Of a stretch of DNA of 64,000 nucleotides, positions 36,201 through 50,800 are shown in pieces; position 1 is the stretch's first letter; the number at the start of each line of letters is the position of its first letter. Position numbers and translations under genes: made by a program. The DNA lies in NCBI GenBank assembly GCA_964057225.1, contig OZ059894.1, forward strand, positions 1,922,001 to 1,986,000. The letters are read 5' to 3'. This DNA comes from Auanema rhodensis. Lineage: Eukaryota > Animalia > Nematoda. The notes under the pieces were generated by a model. It made no database searches. It worked only from the letters and a program-made list of their open reading frames with translations, and was not told where the DNA came from.

Positions 36201-37049
36201 AGATTCCTTTTTTTAAGGCAAAGACGATGGACAATGTTATTCAACGAAAAAATTAATTCTTCAGGGTGAAAATCGAGGATATAAGTGTGAACTTATATCA
36301 GTTGATATCTCGTTGCATTTTTAAGCTAGCGCAAATCTGATAACACAGATCGACGCAGCTTGAAAATACGCATCGAATGCACTATACTACTTTGAGAAAC
36401 GCTTAATACAAAAATTAGTTATGATCGTTTGAAAAATGATGCATTAGTGTATGTTGAGTTTCCATGTACACTCAACATAGCTTCCAAAAACATTTTGACA
36501 AAAATTTTTTCGAAAAATTTCAGAATAATTTAGCAAAAAGTAGATGTTTTTAGATTTCTTTTCTCAAGGCAAAGACGATGGACAATGTTATTCAACGAAA
36601 AAATTAATTCTTCAGGGTGAAAATCGAGGATATAAGTGTGAACTTATATCAGTTGATATCTCGGTGCATTTTTAAGCTAGCGCAAATCTGATAACACAGA
36701 TCGACGCAGCTTGAAAATCCGCATCGAATGCACTATACTACTTTGAGAAACGCTTAATACAAAAATTAGTTATGATCGTTTGAAAAATGATGCATTAGTG
36801 TATGTTGAGTTTCCATGTACACTCAACATTGCTTCCAAAAAAATTTTGACAAAAATTTTTTCGAAAAATTTCAAATTAATTTAGCAGAAAGTATATGTTT
36901 TTAGATTTCTTTTTTCAAGGCAAAGACGATGGACAATGTTATTCAACGAAAAAATTAATTCTTCAGGGTGAAAATCGAGGATATAAGTGTGAATTTATAT
37001 CAGTTGATATCTCGGTGCATTTTTAAGCTAGCGCAAATCTGATAACACA

Positions 37050-40000
37050 GATCGACGCAGCTTGAAAATCCGCATTGAATGCACTATACTACATTGAGGA
37101 ACGCTTAATACAAAAATTAGTTATGATCGTTTGAAAAATGATGCATTAGTGTATGTTGAGTTTCCATGTACACTCAACATAGCTTCCAAAAACATTTTGA
37201 CAAAAATTTTTTCGAAAAATTTCAAAATAATTTAGCAGAAAGTAGATGTTTTTAGATTCCTTTTTTTAAGGCAAAGACGATGGACAATGTTATTCAACGA
37301 AAAAATTAATTCTTCAGGGTGAAAATCGAGGATATAAGTGTGAATTTATATCAGTTGATATCTCGGTGCATTTTTAAGCTAGCGCAAATCTGATAACACA
37401 GATCGACGCAGCTTGAAAATCCGCATCGAATGCACTATACTACTTTGAGAAACGCTTAATACAAAAATTAGTTATGATCGTTTGAAAAATGATGCATTAG
37501 TGTATGTTGAGTTTCCATGTACACTCAACATAGCTTCCAAAAACATTTTGACAAAATTTTTTTCAAAAAATTTCAAAATAATTTAGCAGAAAGTAGATGT
37601 TTTTAGATTCCTTTTTTTAAGGCAAAGACGACGGACAATGTTATTCAACGAAAAAATTAATTCTTCAGGGTGAAAATCGAGGATATAAGTGTGAACTTAT
37701 ATCAGTTGATATCTCGGTGCATTTTTAAGCTAGCGCAAATCTGATAACACAGATCGACGCAGCTTGAAAATCCGCATCGAATGCACTATACTACTTTGAG
37801 AAACGCTTAATACAAAAATTAGTTATGATCGTTTGAAAAATGATGCATTAGTGTATGTTGAGTTTCCATGTACACTCAACATTGCTTCCAAAAACATTTT
37901 GACAAAAATTTTTTCGAAAAATTTCAAATTAATTTAGCAGGAAGTATAAGTTTTTAGATTCCTTTTTTCAAGGCAAAGACGATGGACAATGTTATTCAAC
38001 GAAAAAATTAATTCTTCAGGGTGAAAATCGAGGATATAAGTGTGAATTTATATCAGTTGATATCTCGGTGCATTTTTAAGCTAGCGCAAATCTGATAACA
38101 CAGATCGACGCAGCTTAAAAATCCGCATCGAATGCACTATACTACATTGAGGAACGCTTAATACAAAAATTAGTTATGATCGTTTGAAAAATGATGCATT
38201 AGTGTATGTTGAGTTTCCATGTACACTCAACATTGCTTCCAAAAACATTTTGACAAAAATTTTTTCGAAAAATTTCAAAATAATTTAACAAAAAGTAGAT
38301 GTTTTTAGATTCCTTTTTTCAAGGCAAAGACGATGGACAATGTTATTCAGCGAAAAAATTAATTCTTCAGGGTGAAAATCGAGGATATAAGTGTGAACTT
38401 ATATCAGTTGATATCTCGGTGCATTTTTAAGCTAGCGCAAATCTGATAACACAGATCGACGCAGCTTGAAAATCCGCATCGAATGCACTATACCACTTTG
38501 AGAAACGCTTAATACAAAAATTAGTTATGATCGTTTGAAAAATGATGCATTAGTGTATGTTGAGTTTCCATGTACACTCAACATTGCTTCCAAAAACATT
38601 TTGACAAAAATTTTTTCGAAAAATTTCAAAATAATTTAGCAAAAAGTAGATGTTTTTAGATTCCTTTTTTCAAGGCAAAGACGATGGACAATGTTATTCA
38701 ACGAAAAAATTAATTCTTCAGGGTGAAAATCGAGGATATAAGTGTGAACTTATATCAGTTGATATCTCGGTGCATTTTTAAGCTAGCGCAAATCTGATAA
38801 CACAGATCGACGCAGCTTGAAAATCCGCATCGAATGCACTATACTACATTGAGAAACGCTTAATACAAAAATTAGTTATGATCGTTTGAAAAATGATGCA
38901 TTAGTGTATGTTGAGTTTCCATGTACACTCAACATTGCTTCCAAAAACATTTTGACAAAAATTTTTTCGAAAAATTTCAAATTAATTTAGCAGAAAGTAT
39001 ATGTTTTTAGATTCCTTTTTTCAAGGCAAAGACGATGGACAATGTTATTCAACGAAAAAATTAATTCTTCAGGGTGAAAATCGAGGATATAAGTGTGAAC
39101 TTATATCAGTTGATATCTCGGTGCATTTTTAAGCTAGCGCAAATCTGATAACACAGATCGACGCAGCTTGAAAATCCGCATCGAATGCACTATACTACTT
39201 TGAGAAACGCTTAATACAAAAATTAGTTATGATCGTTTGAAAAATGATGCATTAGTGTATGTTGAGTTTCCATGTACACTCAACATTGCTTCCAAAAACA
39301 TTTTGACAAAAATTTTTTCGAAAAATTTCAAATTAATTTAGCAGAAAGTATATGTTTTTAGATTCCTTTTTTCAAGGCAAAGACGATGGACAATGTTATT
39401 CAACGAAAAAATTAATTCTTCAGGGTGAAAATCGAGGATATAAGTGTGAACTTATATCAGTTGATATCTCGGTGCATTTTTAAGCTAGCGCAAATCTGAT
39501 AACACAGATCGACGCAGCTTGAAAATCCGCATCGAATGCACTATACTACATTGAGGAACGCTTAATACAAAAATTAGTTATGATCGTTTGAAAAATGATG
39601 CATTAGTGTATGTTGAGTTTCCATGTACACTCAACATAGCTTCCAAAAACATTTTGACAAAAATTTTTTCGAAAAATTTCAAAATAATTTAGCAGAAAGT
39701 AGATGTTTTTAGATTCCTTTTTTTAAGGCAAAGACGATGGACAATGTTATTCAACGAAAAAATTAATTCTTCAGGGTGAAAATCGAGGATATAAGTGTGA
39801 ACATATATCAGTTGATATCTCGGTGCATTTTTAAGCTAGCGCAAATCTGATAACACAGATCGACGCAGCTTGAAAATCCGCATCGAATGCACTATACTAC
39901 TTTGAGGAACGCTTAATACAAAAATTAGTTATGATCGTTTGAAAAATGATGCATTAGTGTATGTTTAGTTTCCATGTACACTCAACATTGCTTCCAAAAA

Positions 40001-43000
40001 CATTTTGACAAAAATTTTTTCGAAAAATTTCAAGATAATTTAGCAAAAAGTAGATGTTTTTAGATTCCTTTTTTCAAGGCGAAGACGATGGACAATGTTA
40101 TTCAACGAAAAAATTAATTCTTCAGGGTGAAAATCGAGGATATAAGTGTGAACTTATATCAGTTGATATCTCGGTGCATTTTTAAGCTAGCGCAAATCTG
40201 ATAACACAGATCGACGCAGCTTGAAAATCCGCATCGAATGCACTATACTACTTTGAGAAACGCTTAATACAAAAATCAGTTATGATCGTTTGAAAAATGA
40301 TGCATTAGTGTATGTTGAGTTTCCATGTACACTCAACATTGCTTCCAAAAACATTTTGACAAAAATTTTTTCGAAAAATTTCAAGATAATTTAGCAAAAA
40401 GTAGATGTTTTTAGATTCCTTTTTTCAAGGCGAAGACGATGGACAATGTTATTCAACGAAAAAATTAATTCTTCAGGGTGAAAATCGAGGATATAAGTGT
40501 GAACTTATATCAGTTGATATCTCGGTGCATTTTTAAGCTAGCGCAAATCTGATAACACAGATCGACGCAGCTTGAAAATCCGCATCGAATGCACTATACT
40601 ACTTTGAGAAACGCTTAATACAAAAATTAGTTATGATCGTTTGAAAAATGATGCATTAGTGTATGTTGAGTTTCCATGTACACTCAACATAGCTTCCAAA
40701 AACATTTTGACAAAATTTTTTTCGAAAAATTTCAAAATAATTTAGCAGAAAGTAGTTGTTTTTAGATTCCTTTTTTTAAGGCAAAGACGACGGACAATGT
40801 TATTCAACGAAAAAATTAATTCTTCAGGGTGAAAATCGAGGATATAAGTGTGAACTTATATCAGTTGATATCTCGGTGCATTTTTAAGCTAGCGCAAATC
40901 TGATAACACAGATCGACGCAGCTTGAAAATCCGCATCGAATGCATTATACTACTTTGAGAAACGCTTAATACAAAAATTAGTTATGATCGTTTGAAAAAT
41001 GATGCATTAGTGTATGTTGAGTTTCCATGTACACTCAACATAGCTTCCAAAAACATTTTGACAAAATTTTTTTCGAAAAATTTCAAAATAATTTAGCAGA
41101 AAGTAGATGTTTTTAGATTCCTTTTTTTAAGGCAAAGACGACGGACAATGTTATTCAACGAAAAAATTAATTCTTCAGGGTGAAAATCGAGGATATAAGT
41201 GTGAACTTATATCACTTGATATCTCGGTGCATTTTTAAGCTAGCGCAAATCTGATAACACAGATCGACGCAGCTTGAAAATCCGCATCGAATGCACTATA
41301 CTACTTTGAGAAACGCTTAATACAAAAATTAGTTATGATCGTTTGAAAAATGATGCATTAGTGTATGTTGAGTTTCCATGTACACTCAACATAGCTTCCA
41401 AAAACATTTTGACAAAATTTTTTTCGAAAAATTTCAAAATAATTTAGCAGAAAGTAGTTGTTTTTAGATTCCTTTTTTTAAGGCAAAGACGACGGACAAT
41501 GTTATTCAACGAAAAAATTAATTCTTCAGGGTGAAAATCGAGGATATAAGTGTGAACTTATATCAGTTGATATCTCGGTGCATTTTTAAGCTAGCGCAAA
41601 TCTGATAACACAGATCGACGCAGCTTGAAAATCCGCATCGAATGCATTATACTACTTTGAGAAACGCTTAATACAAAAATTAGTTATGATCGTTTGAAAA
41701 ATGATGCATTAGTGTATGTTGAGTTTCCATGTACACTCAACATAGCTTCCAAAAACATTTTGACAAAATTTTTTTCGAAAAATTTCAAAATAATTTAGCA
41801 GAAAGTAGATGTTTTTAGATTCCTTTTTTTAAGGCAAAGACGACGGACAATGTTATTCAACGAAAAAATTAATTCTTCAGGGTGAAAATCGAGGATATAA
41901 GTGTGAACTTATATCACTTGATATCTCGGTGCATTTTTAAGCTAGCGCAAATCTGATAACACAGATCGACGCAGCTTGAAAATCCGCATCGAATGCACTA
42001 TACTACTTTGAGAAACGCTTAATACAAAAATTAGTTATGATCGTTTGAAAAATGATGCATTAGTGTATGTTGAGTTTCCATGTACACTCAACATAGCTTC
42101 CAAAAACATTTTGACAAAATTTTTTTCGAAAAATTTCAAAATAATTTAGCAGAAAGTAGATGTTTTTAGATTCCTTTTTTTAAGGCAATGACGACGGACA
42201 ATGTTATTCAACGAAAAAATTAATTCTTCAGGGTGAAAATCGAGGATATAAGTGTGAACTTATATCAGTTGATATCTCGGTGCATTTTTAAGCTAGCGCA
42301 AATCTGATAACACAGATCGACGCAGCTTGAAAATCCGCATCGAATGCACTATACTACTTTGAGAAACGCTTAATACAAAAATTAGTTATGATCGTTTGAA
42401 AAATGATGCATTAGTGTATGTTGAGTTTCCATGTACACTCAACATAGCTTCCAAAAACATTTTGACAAAATTTTTTTCGAAAAATTTCAAAATAATTTAG
42501 CAGAAAGTAGTTGTTTTTAGATTCCTTTTTTTAAGGCAAAAACGACGGACAATGTTATTCAACGAAAAAATTAATTCTTCAGGGTGAAAATCGAGGATAT
42601 AAGTGTGAACTTATATCAGTTGATATCTCGGTGCATTTTTAAGCTAGCGCAAATCTGATAACACAGATCGACGCAGCTTGAAAATCCGCATCGAATGCAT
42701 TATACTACTTTGAGAAACGCTTAATACAAAAATTAGTTATGATCGTTTGAAAAATGATGCATTAGTGTATGTTGAGTTTCCATGTACACTCAACATAGCT
42801 TCCAAAAACATTTTGACAAAATTTTTTTCGAAAAATTTCAAAATAATTTAGCAGAAAGTAGATGTTTTTAGATTCCTTTTTTTAAGGCAAAGACGACGGA
42901 CAATGTTATTCAACGAAAAAATTAATTCTTCAGGGTGAAAATCGAGGATATAAGTGTGAACTTATATCACTTGATATCTCGGTGCATTTTTAAGCTAGCG

Positions 43001-46000
43001 CAAATCTGATAACACAGATCGACGCAGCTTGAAAATCCGCATCGAATGCACTATACTACTTTGAGAAACGCTTAATACAAAAATTAGTTATGATCGTTTG
43101 AAAAATGATGCATTAGTGTATGTTGAGTTTCCATGTACACTCAACATAGCTTCCAAAAACATTTTGACAAAATTTTTTTCGAAAAATTTCAAAATAATTT
43201 AGCAGAAAGTAGATGTTTTTAGATTCCTTTTTTTAAGGCAATGACGACGGACAATGTTATTCAACGAAAAAATTAATTCTTCAGGGTGAAAATCGAGGAT
43301 ATAAGTGTGAACTTATATCAGTTGATATCTCGGTGCATTTTTAAGCTAGCGCAAATCTGATAACACAGATCGACGCAGCTTGAAAATCCGCATCGAATGC
43401 ACTATACTACTTTGAGAAACGCTTAATACAAAAATTAGTTATGATCGTTTGAAAAATGATGCATTAGTGTATGTTGAGTTTCCATGTACACTCAACATAG
43501 CTTCCAAAAACATTTTGACAAAAATTTTTTCGAAAAATTTCTAAATAATTTAGCAAAAAGTAGATGTTTTTAGATTCCTTTTTTTAAGGCAAAGACGATA
43601 GACAATGTTATTCAACGAAAAAATTAATTCTTCAGGGTGAAAATCGAGGATATAAGTGTGAACTTATATCAGTTGATATCTCGGTGCATTTTTAAGCTAG
43701 CGCAAATCTGATAACACAGATCGACGCAGCTTGAAAATCCGCATCGAATGCATTATACTACTTTGAGAAACGCTTAATACAAAAATTAGTTATGATCGTT
43801 TGAAAAATGATGCATTAGTGTATGTTGAGTTTCCATGTACACTCAACATAGCTTCCAAAAACATTTTGACAAAAATTTTTTCGAAAAATTTCAAAATAAT
43901 TTAGCAGAAAGTAGATGTTTTTAGATTCCTTTTTTTAAGGCGAAGACGATGGACTATGTTATTCAACGAAAAAATTAATTCTTCAGGGTGAAAATCGAGG
44001 ATATAAGTGTGAACTTATATCAGTTGATATCTCGGTGCATTTTTAAGCTAGCGCAAATCTGATAACACAGATCGACGCAGCTTGAAAATCCGCATCGAAT
44101 GCACTATACTACATTGAGAAACGCTTAATACAAAAATTAGTTATGATCGTTTGAAAAATGATGCATTAGTGTATGTTGAGTTTCCATGTACACTCAACAT
44201 AGCTTCCAAAAACATTTTGACAAAAATTTTTTCGAAAAATTTCAAAATAATTTAGCAGAAAGTAGATGTTTTTAGATTCCTTTTTTTAAGGCGAAGACGA
44301 TGGACTATGTTATTCAACGAAAAAATTAATTCTTCAGGGTGAAAATCGAGGATATAAGTGTGAACTTATATCAGTTGATATCTCGGTGCATTTTTAAGCT
44401 AGCGCAAATCTGATAACACAGATCGACGCAGCTTGAAAATCCGCATTGAATGCACTATACTACATTGAGGAACGCTTAATACAAAAATTAGTTATGATCG
44501 TTTGAAAAATGATGCATTAGTGTATGTTGAGTTTCCATGTACACTCAACATAGCTTCCAAAAACATTTTGACAAAAATTTTTTCGAAAAATTTCAAAATA
44601 ATTTAGCAGAAAGTAGATGTTTTTAGATTCCTTTTTTTAAGGCAAAGACGATGGACAATGTTATTCAACGAAAAAATTAATTCTTCAGGGTGAAAATCGA
44701 GGATATAAGTGTGAATTTATATCAGTTGATATCTCGGTGCATTTTTAAGCTAGCGCAAATCTGATAACACAGATCGACGCAGCTTGAAAATCCGCATCGA
44801 ATGCACTATACTACTTTGAGAAACGCTTAATACAAAAATTAGTTATGATCGTTTGAAAAATGATGCATTAGTGTATGTTGAGTTTCCATGTACACTCAAC
44901 ATAGCTTCCAAAAACATTTTGACAAAATTTTTTTCAAAAAATTTCAAAATAATTTAGCAGAAAGTAGATGTTTTTAGATTCCTTTTTTTAAGGCAAAGAC
45001 GACGGACAATGTTATTCAACGAAAAAATTAATTCTTCAGGGTGAAAATCGAGGATATAAGTGTGAACTTATATCAGTTGATATCTCGGTGCATTTTTAAG
45101 CTAGCGCAAATCTGATAACACAGATCGACGCAGCTTGAAAATCCGCATCGAATGCACTATACTACTTTGAGAAACGCTTAATACAAAAATTAGTTATGAT
45201 CGTTTGAAAAATGATGCATTAGTGTATGTTGAGTTTCCATGTACACTCAACATTGCTTCCAAAAACATTTTGACAAAAATTTTTTCGAAAAATTTCAAAT
45301 TAATTTAGCAGGAAGTATAAGTTTTTAGATTCCTTTTTTCAAGGCAAAGACGATGGACAATGTTATTCAACGAAAAAATTAATTCTTCAGGGTGAAAATC
45401 GAGGATATAAGTGTGAATTTATATCAGTTGATATCTCGGTGCATTTTTAAGCTAGCGCAAATCTGATAACACAGATCGACGCAGCTTAAAAATCCGCATC
45501 GAATGCACTATACTACATTGAGGAACGCTTAATACAAAAATTAGTTATGATCGTTTGAAAAATGATGCATTAGTGTATGTTGAGTTTCCATGTACACTCA
45601 ACATTGCTTCCAAAAACATTTTGACAAAAATTTTTTCGAAAAATTTCAAAATAATTTAACAAAAAGTAGATGTTTTTAGATTCCTTTTTTCAAGGCAAAG
45701 ACGATGGACAATGTTATTCAGCGAAAAAATTAATTCTTCAGGGTGAAAATCGAGGATATAAGTGTGAACTTATATCAGTTGATATCTCGGTGCATTTTTA
45801 AGCTAGCGCAAATCTGATAACACAGATCGACGCAGCTTGAAAATCCGCATCGAATGCACTATACCACTTTGAGAAACGCTTAATACAAAAATTAGTTATG
45901 ATCGTTTGAAAAATGATGCATTAGTGTATGTTGAGTTTCCATGTACACTCAACATTGCTTCCAAAAACATTTTGACAAAAATTTTTTCGAAAAATTTCAA

Positions 46001-49000
46001 AATAATTTAGCAAAAAGTAGATGTTTTTAGATTCCTTTTTTCAAGGCAAAGACGATGGACAATGTTATTCAACGAAAAAATTAATTCTTCAGGGTGAAAA
46101 TCGAGGATATAAGTGTGAACTTATATCAGTTGATATCTCGGTGCATTTTTAAGCTAGCGCAAATCTGATAACACAGATCGACGCAGCTTGAAAATCCGCA
46201 TCGAATGCACTATACTACATTGAGAAACGCTTAATACAAAAATTAGTTATGATCGTTTGAAAAATGATGCATTAGTGTATGTTGAGTTTCCATGTACACT
46301 CAACATTGCTTCCAAAAACATTTTGACAAAAATTTTTTCGAAAAATTTCAAATTAATTTAGCAGAAAGTATATGTTTTTAGATTCCTTTTTTCAAGGCAA
46401 AGACGATGGACAATGTTATTCAACGAAAAAATTAATTCTTCAGGGTGAAAATCGAGGATATAAGTGTGAACTTATATCAGTTGATATCTCGGTGCATTTT
46501 TAAGCTAGCGCAAATCTGATAACACAGATCGACGCAGCTTGAAAATCCGCATCGAATGCACTATACTTCTTTGAGAAACGCTTAATACAAAAATTAGTTA
46601 TGATCGTTTGAAAAATGATGCATTAGTGTATGTTGAGTTTCCATGTACACTCAACATTGCTTCCAAAAACATTTTGACAAAAATTTTTTCGAAAAATTTC
46701 AAATTAATTTAGCAGAAAGTATATGTTTTTAGATTCCTTTTTTCAAGGCAAAGACGATGGACAATGTTATTCAACGAAAAAATTAATTCTTCAGGGTGAA
46801 AATCGAGGATATAAGTGTGAACTTATATCAGTTGATATCTCGGTGCATTTTTAAGCTAGCGCAAATCTGATAACACAGATCGACGCAGCTTGAAAATCCG
46901 CATCGAATGCACTATACTACATTGAGGAACGCTTAATACAAAAATTAGTTATGATCGTTTGAAAAATGATGCATTAGTGTATGTTGAGTTTCCATGTACA
47001 CTCAACATAGCTTCCAAAAACATTTTGACAAAAATTTTTTCGAAAAATTTCAAAATAATTTAGCAGAAAGTAGATGTTTTTAGATTCCTTTTTTTAAGGC
47101 AAAGACGATGGACAATGTTATTCAACGAAAAAATTAATTCTTCAGGGTGAAAATCGAGGATATAAGTGTGAACATATATCAGTTGATATCTCGGTGCATT
47201 TTTAAGCTAGCGCAAATCTGATAACACAGATCGACGCAGCTTGAAAATCCGCATCGAATGCACTATACTACTTTGAGGAACGCTTAATACAAAAATTAGT
47301 TATGATCGTTTGAAAAATGATGCATTAGTGTATGTTTAGTTTCCATGTACACTCAACATTGCTTCCAAAAACATTTTGACAAAAATTTTTTCGAAAAATT
47401 TCAAGATAATTTAGCAAAAAGTAGATGTTTTTAGATTCCTTTTTTCAAGGCGAAGACGATGGACAATGTTATTCAACGAAAAAATTAATTCTTCAGGGTG
47501 AAAATCGAGGATATAAGTGTGAACTTATATCAGTTGATATCTCGGTGCATTTTTAAGCTAGCGCAAATCTGATAACACAGATCGACGCAGCTTGAAAATC
47601 CGCATCGAATGCACTATACTACTTTGAGAAACGCTTAATACAAAAATCAGTTATGATCGTTTGAAAAATGATGCATTAGTGTATGTTGAGTTTCCATGTA
47701 CACTCAACATTGCTTCCAAAAACATTTTGACAAAAATTTTTTCGAAAAATTTCAAGATAATTTAGCAAAAAGTAGATGTTTTTAGATTCCTTTTTTCAAG
47801 GCGAAGACGATGGACAATGTTATTCAACGAAAAAATTAATTCTTCAGGGTGAAAATCGAGGATATAAGTGTGAACTTATATCAGTTGATATCTCGGTGCA
47901 TTTTTAAGCTAGCGCAAATCTGATAACACAGATCGACGCAGCTTGAAAATCCGCATCGAATGCACTATACTACTTTGAGAAACGCTTAATACAAAAATTA
48001 GTTATGATCGTTTGAAAAATGATGCATTAGTGTATGTTGAGTTTCCATGTACACTCAACATAGCTTCCAAAAACATTTTGACAAAATTTTTTTCGAAAAA
48101 TTTCAAAATAATTTAGCAGAAAGTAGTTGTTTTTAGATTCCTTTTTTTAAGGCAAAGACGACGGACAATGTTATTCAACGAAAAAATTAATTCTTCAGGG
48201 TGAAAATCGAGGATATAAGTGTGAACTTATATCAGTTGATATCTCGGTGCATTTTTAAGCTAGCGCAAATCTGATAACACAGATCGACGCAGCTTGAAAA
48301 TCCGCATCGAATGCATTATACTACTTTGAGAAACGCTTAATACAAAAATTAGTTATGATCGTTTGAAAAATGATGCATTAGTGTATGTTGAGTTTCCATG
48401 TACACTCAACATAGCTTCCAAAAACATTTTGACAAAATTTTTTTCGAAAAATTTCAAAATAATTTAGCAGAAAGTAGATGTTTTTAGATTCCTTTTTTTA
48501 AGGCAAAGACGACGGACAATGTTATTCAACGAAAAAATTAATTCTTCAGGGTGAAAATCGAGGATATAAGTGTGAACTTATATCACTTGATATCTCGGTG
48601 CATTTTTAAGCTAGCTCAAATCTGATAACACAGATCGACGCAGCTTGAAAATCCGCATCGAATGCACTATACTACTTTGAGAAACGCTTAATACAAAAAT
48701 TAGTTATGATCGTTTGAAAAATGATGCATTAGTGTATGTTGAGTTTCCATGTACACTCAACATAGCTTCCAAAAACATTTTGACAAAATTTTTTTCGAAA
48801 AATTTCAAAATAATTTAGCAGAAAGTAGATGTTTTTAGATTCCTTTTTTTAAGGCAATGACGACGGACAATGTTATTCAACGAAAAAATTAATTCTTCAG
48901 GGTGAAAATCGAGGATATAAGTGTGAACTTATATCAGTTGATATCTCGGTGCATTTTTAAGCTAGCGCAAATCTGATAACACAGATCGACGCAGCTTGAA

Positions 49001-50800
49001 AATCCGCATCGAATGCACTATACTACTTTGAGAAACGCTTAATACAAAAATTAGTTATGATCGTTTGAAAAATGATGCATTAGTGTATGTTGAGTTTCCA
49101 TGTACACTCAACATAGCTTCCAAAAACATTTTGACAAAATTTTTTTCGAAAAATTTCAAAATAATTTAGCAGAAAGTAGTTGTTTTTAGATTCCTTTTTT
49201 TAAGGCAAAAACGACGGACAATGTTATTCAACGAAAAAATTAATTCTTCAGGGTGAAAATCGAGGATATAAGTGTGAACTTATATCAGTTGATATCTCGG
49301 TGCATTTTTAAGCTAGCGCAAATCTGATAACACAGATCGACGCAGCTTGAAAATCCGCATCGAATGCATTATACTACTTTGAGAAACGCTTAATACAAAA
49401 ATTAGTTATGATCGTTTGAAAAATGATGCATTAGTGTATGTTGAGTTTCCATGTACACTCAACATAGCTTCCAAAAACATTTTGACAAAATTTTTTTCGA
49501 AAAATTTCAAAATAATTTAGCAGAAAGTAGATGTTTTTAGATTCCTTTTTTTAAGGCAAAGACGACGGACAATGTTATTCAACGAAAAAATTAATTCTTC
49601 AGGGTGAAAATCGAGGATATAAGTGTGAACTTATATCACTTGATATCTCGGTGCATTTTTAAGCTAGCGCAAATCTGATAACACAGATCGACGCAGCTTG
49701 AAAATCCGCATCGAATGCACTATACTACTTTGAGAAACGCTTAATACAAAAATTAGTTATGATCGTTTGAAAAATGATGCATTAGTGTATGTTGAGTTTC
49801 CATGTACACTCAACATAGCTTCCAAAAACATTTTGACAAAATTTTTTTCGAAAAATTTCAAAATAATTTAGCAGAAAGTAGATGTTTTTAGATTCCTTTT
49901 TTTAAGGCAATGACGACGGACAATGTTATTCAACGAAAAAATTAATTCTTCAGGGTGAAAATCGAGGATATAAGTGTGAACTTATATCAGTTGATATCTC
50001 GGTGCATTTTTAAGCTAGCGCAAATCTGATAACACAGATCGACGCAGCTTGAAAATCCGCATCGAATGCACTATACTACTTTGAGAAACGCTTAATACAA
50101 AAATTAGTTATGATCGTTTGAAAAATGATGCATTAGTGTATGTTGAGTTTCCATGTACACTCAACATAGCTTCCAAAAACATTTTGACAAAAATTTTTTC
50201 GAAAAATTTCTAAATAATTTAGCAAAAAGTAGATGTTTTTAGATTCCTTTTTTTAAGGCAAAGACGATAGACAATGTTATTCAACGAAAAAATTAATTCT
50301 TCAGGGTGAAAATCGAGGATATAAGTGTGAACTTATATCAGTTGATATCTCGGTGCATTTTTAAGCTAGCGCAAATCTGATAACACAGATCGACGCAGCT
50401 TGAAAATCCGCATCGAATGCATTATACTACTTTGAGAAACGCTTAATACAAAAATTAGTTATGATCGTTTGAAAAATGATGCATTAGTGTATGTTGAGTT
50501 TCCATGTACACTCAACATAGCTTCCAAAAACATTTTGACAAAAATTTTTTCGAAAAATTTCAAAATAATTTAGCAGAAAGTAGATGTTTTTAGATTCCTT
50601 TTTTTAAGGCGAAGACGATGGACTATGTTATTCAACGAAAAAATTAATTCTTCAGGGTGAAAATCGAGGATATAAGTGTGAACTTATATCAGTTGATATC
50701 TCGGTGCATTTTTAAGCTAGCGCAAATCTGATAACACAGATCGACGCAGCTTGAAAATCCGCATCGAATGCACTATACTACATTGAGAAACGCTTAATAC
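37050..50800. repeat. Higher-order tandem duplication within the satellite (offset 21 monomers, falling to 19 later in the block)
   Basis: Rare variants recur at offset 7371 (TTTAACA 38284/45655; GAACATAT ~39800/~47171) and later at offset 6669 (TTTCTAAAT 43541/50210). Confidence 0.85.
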
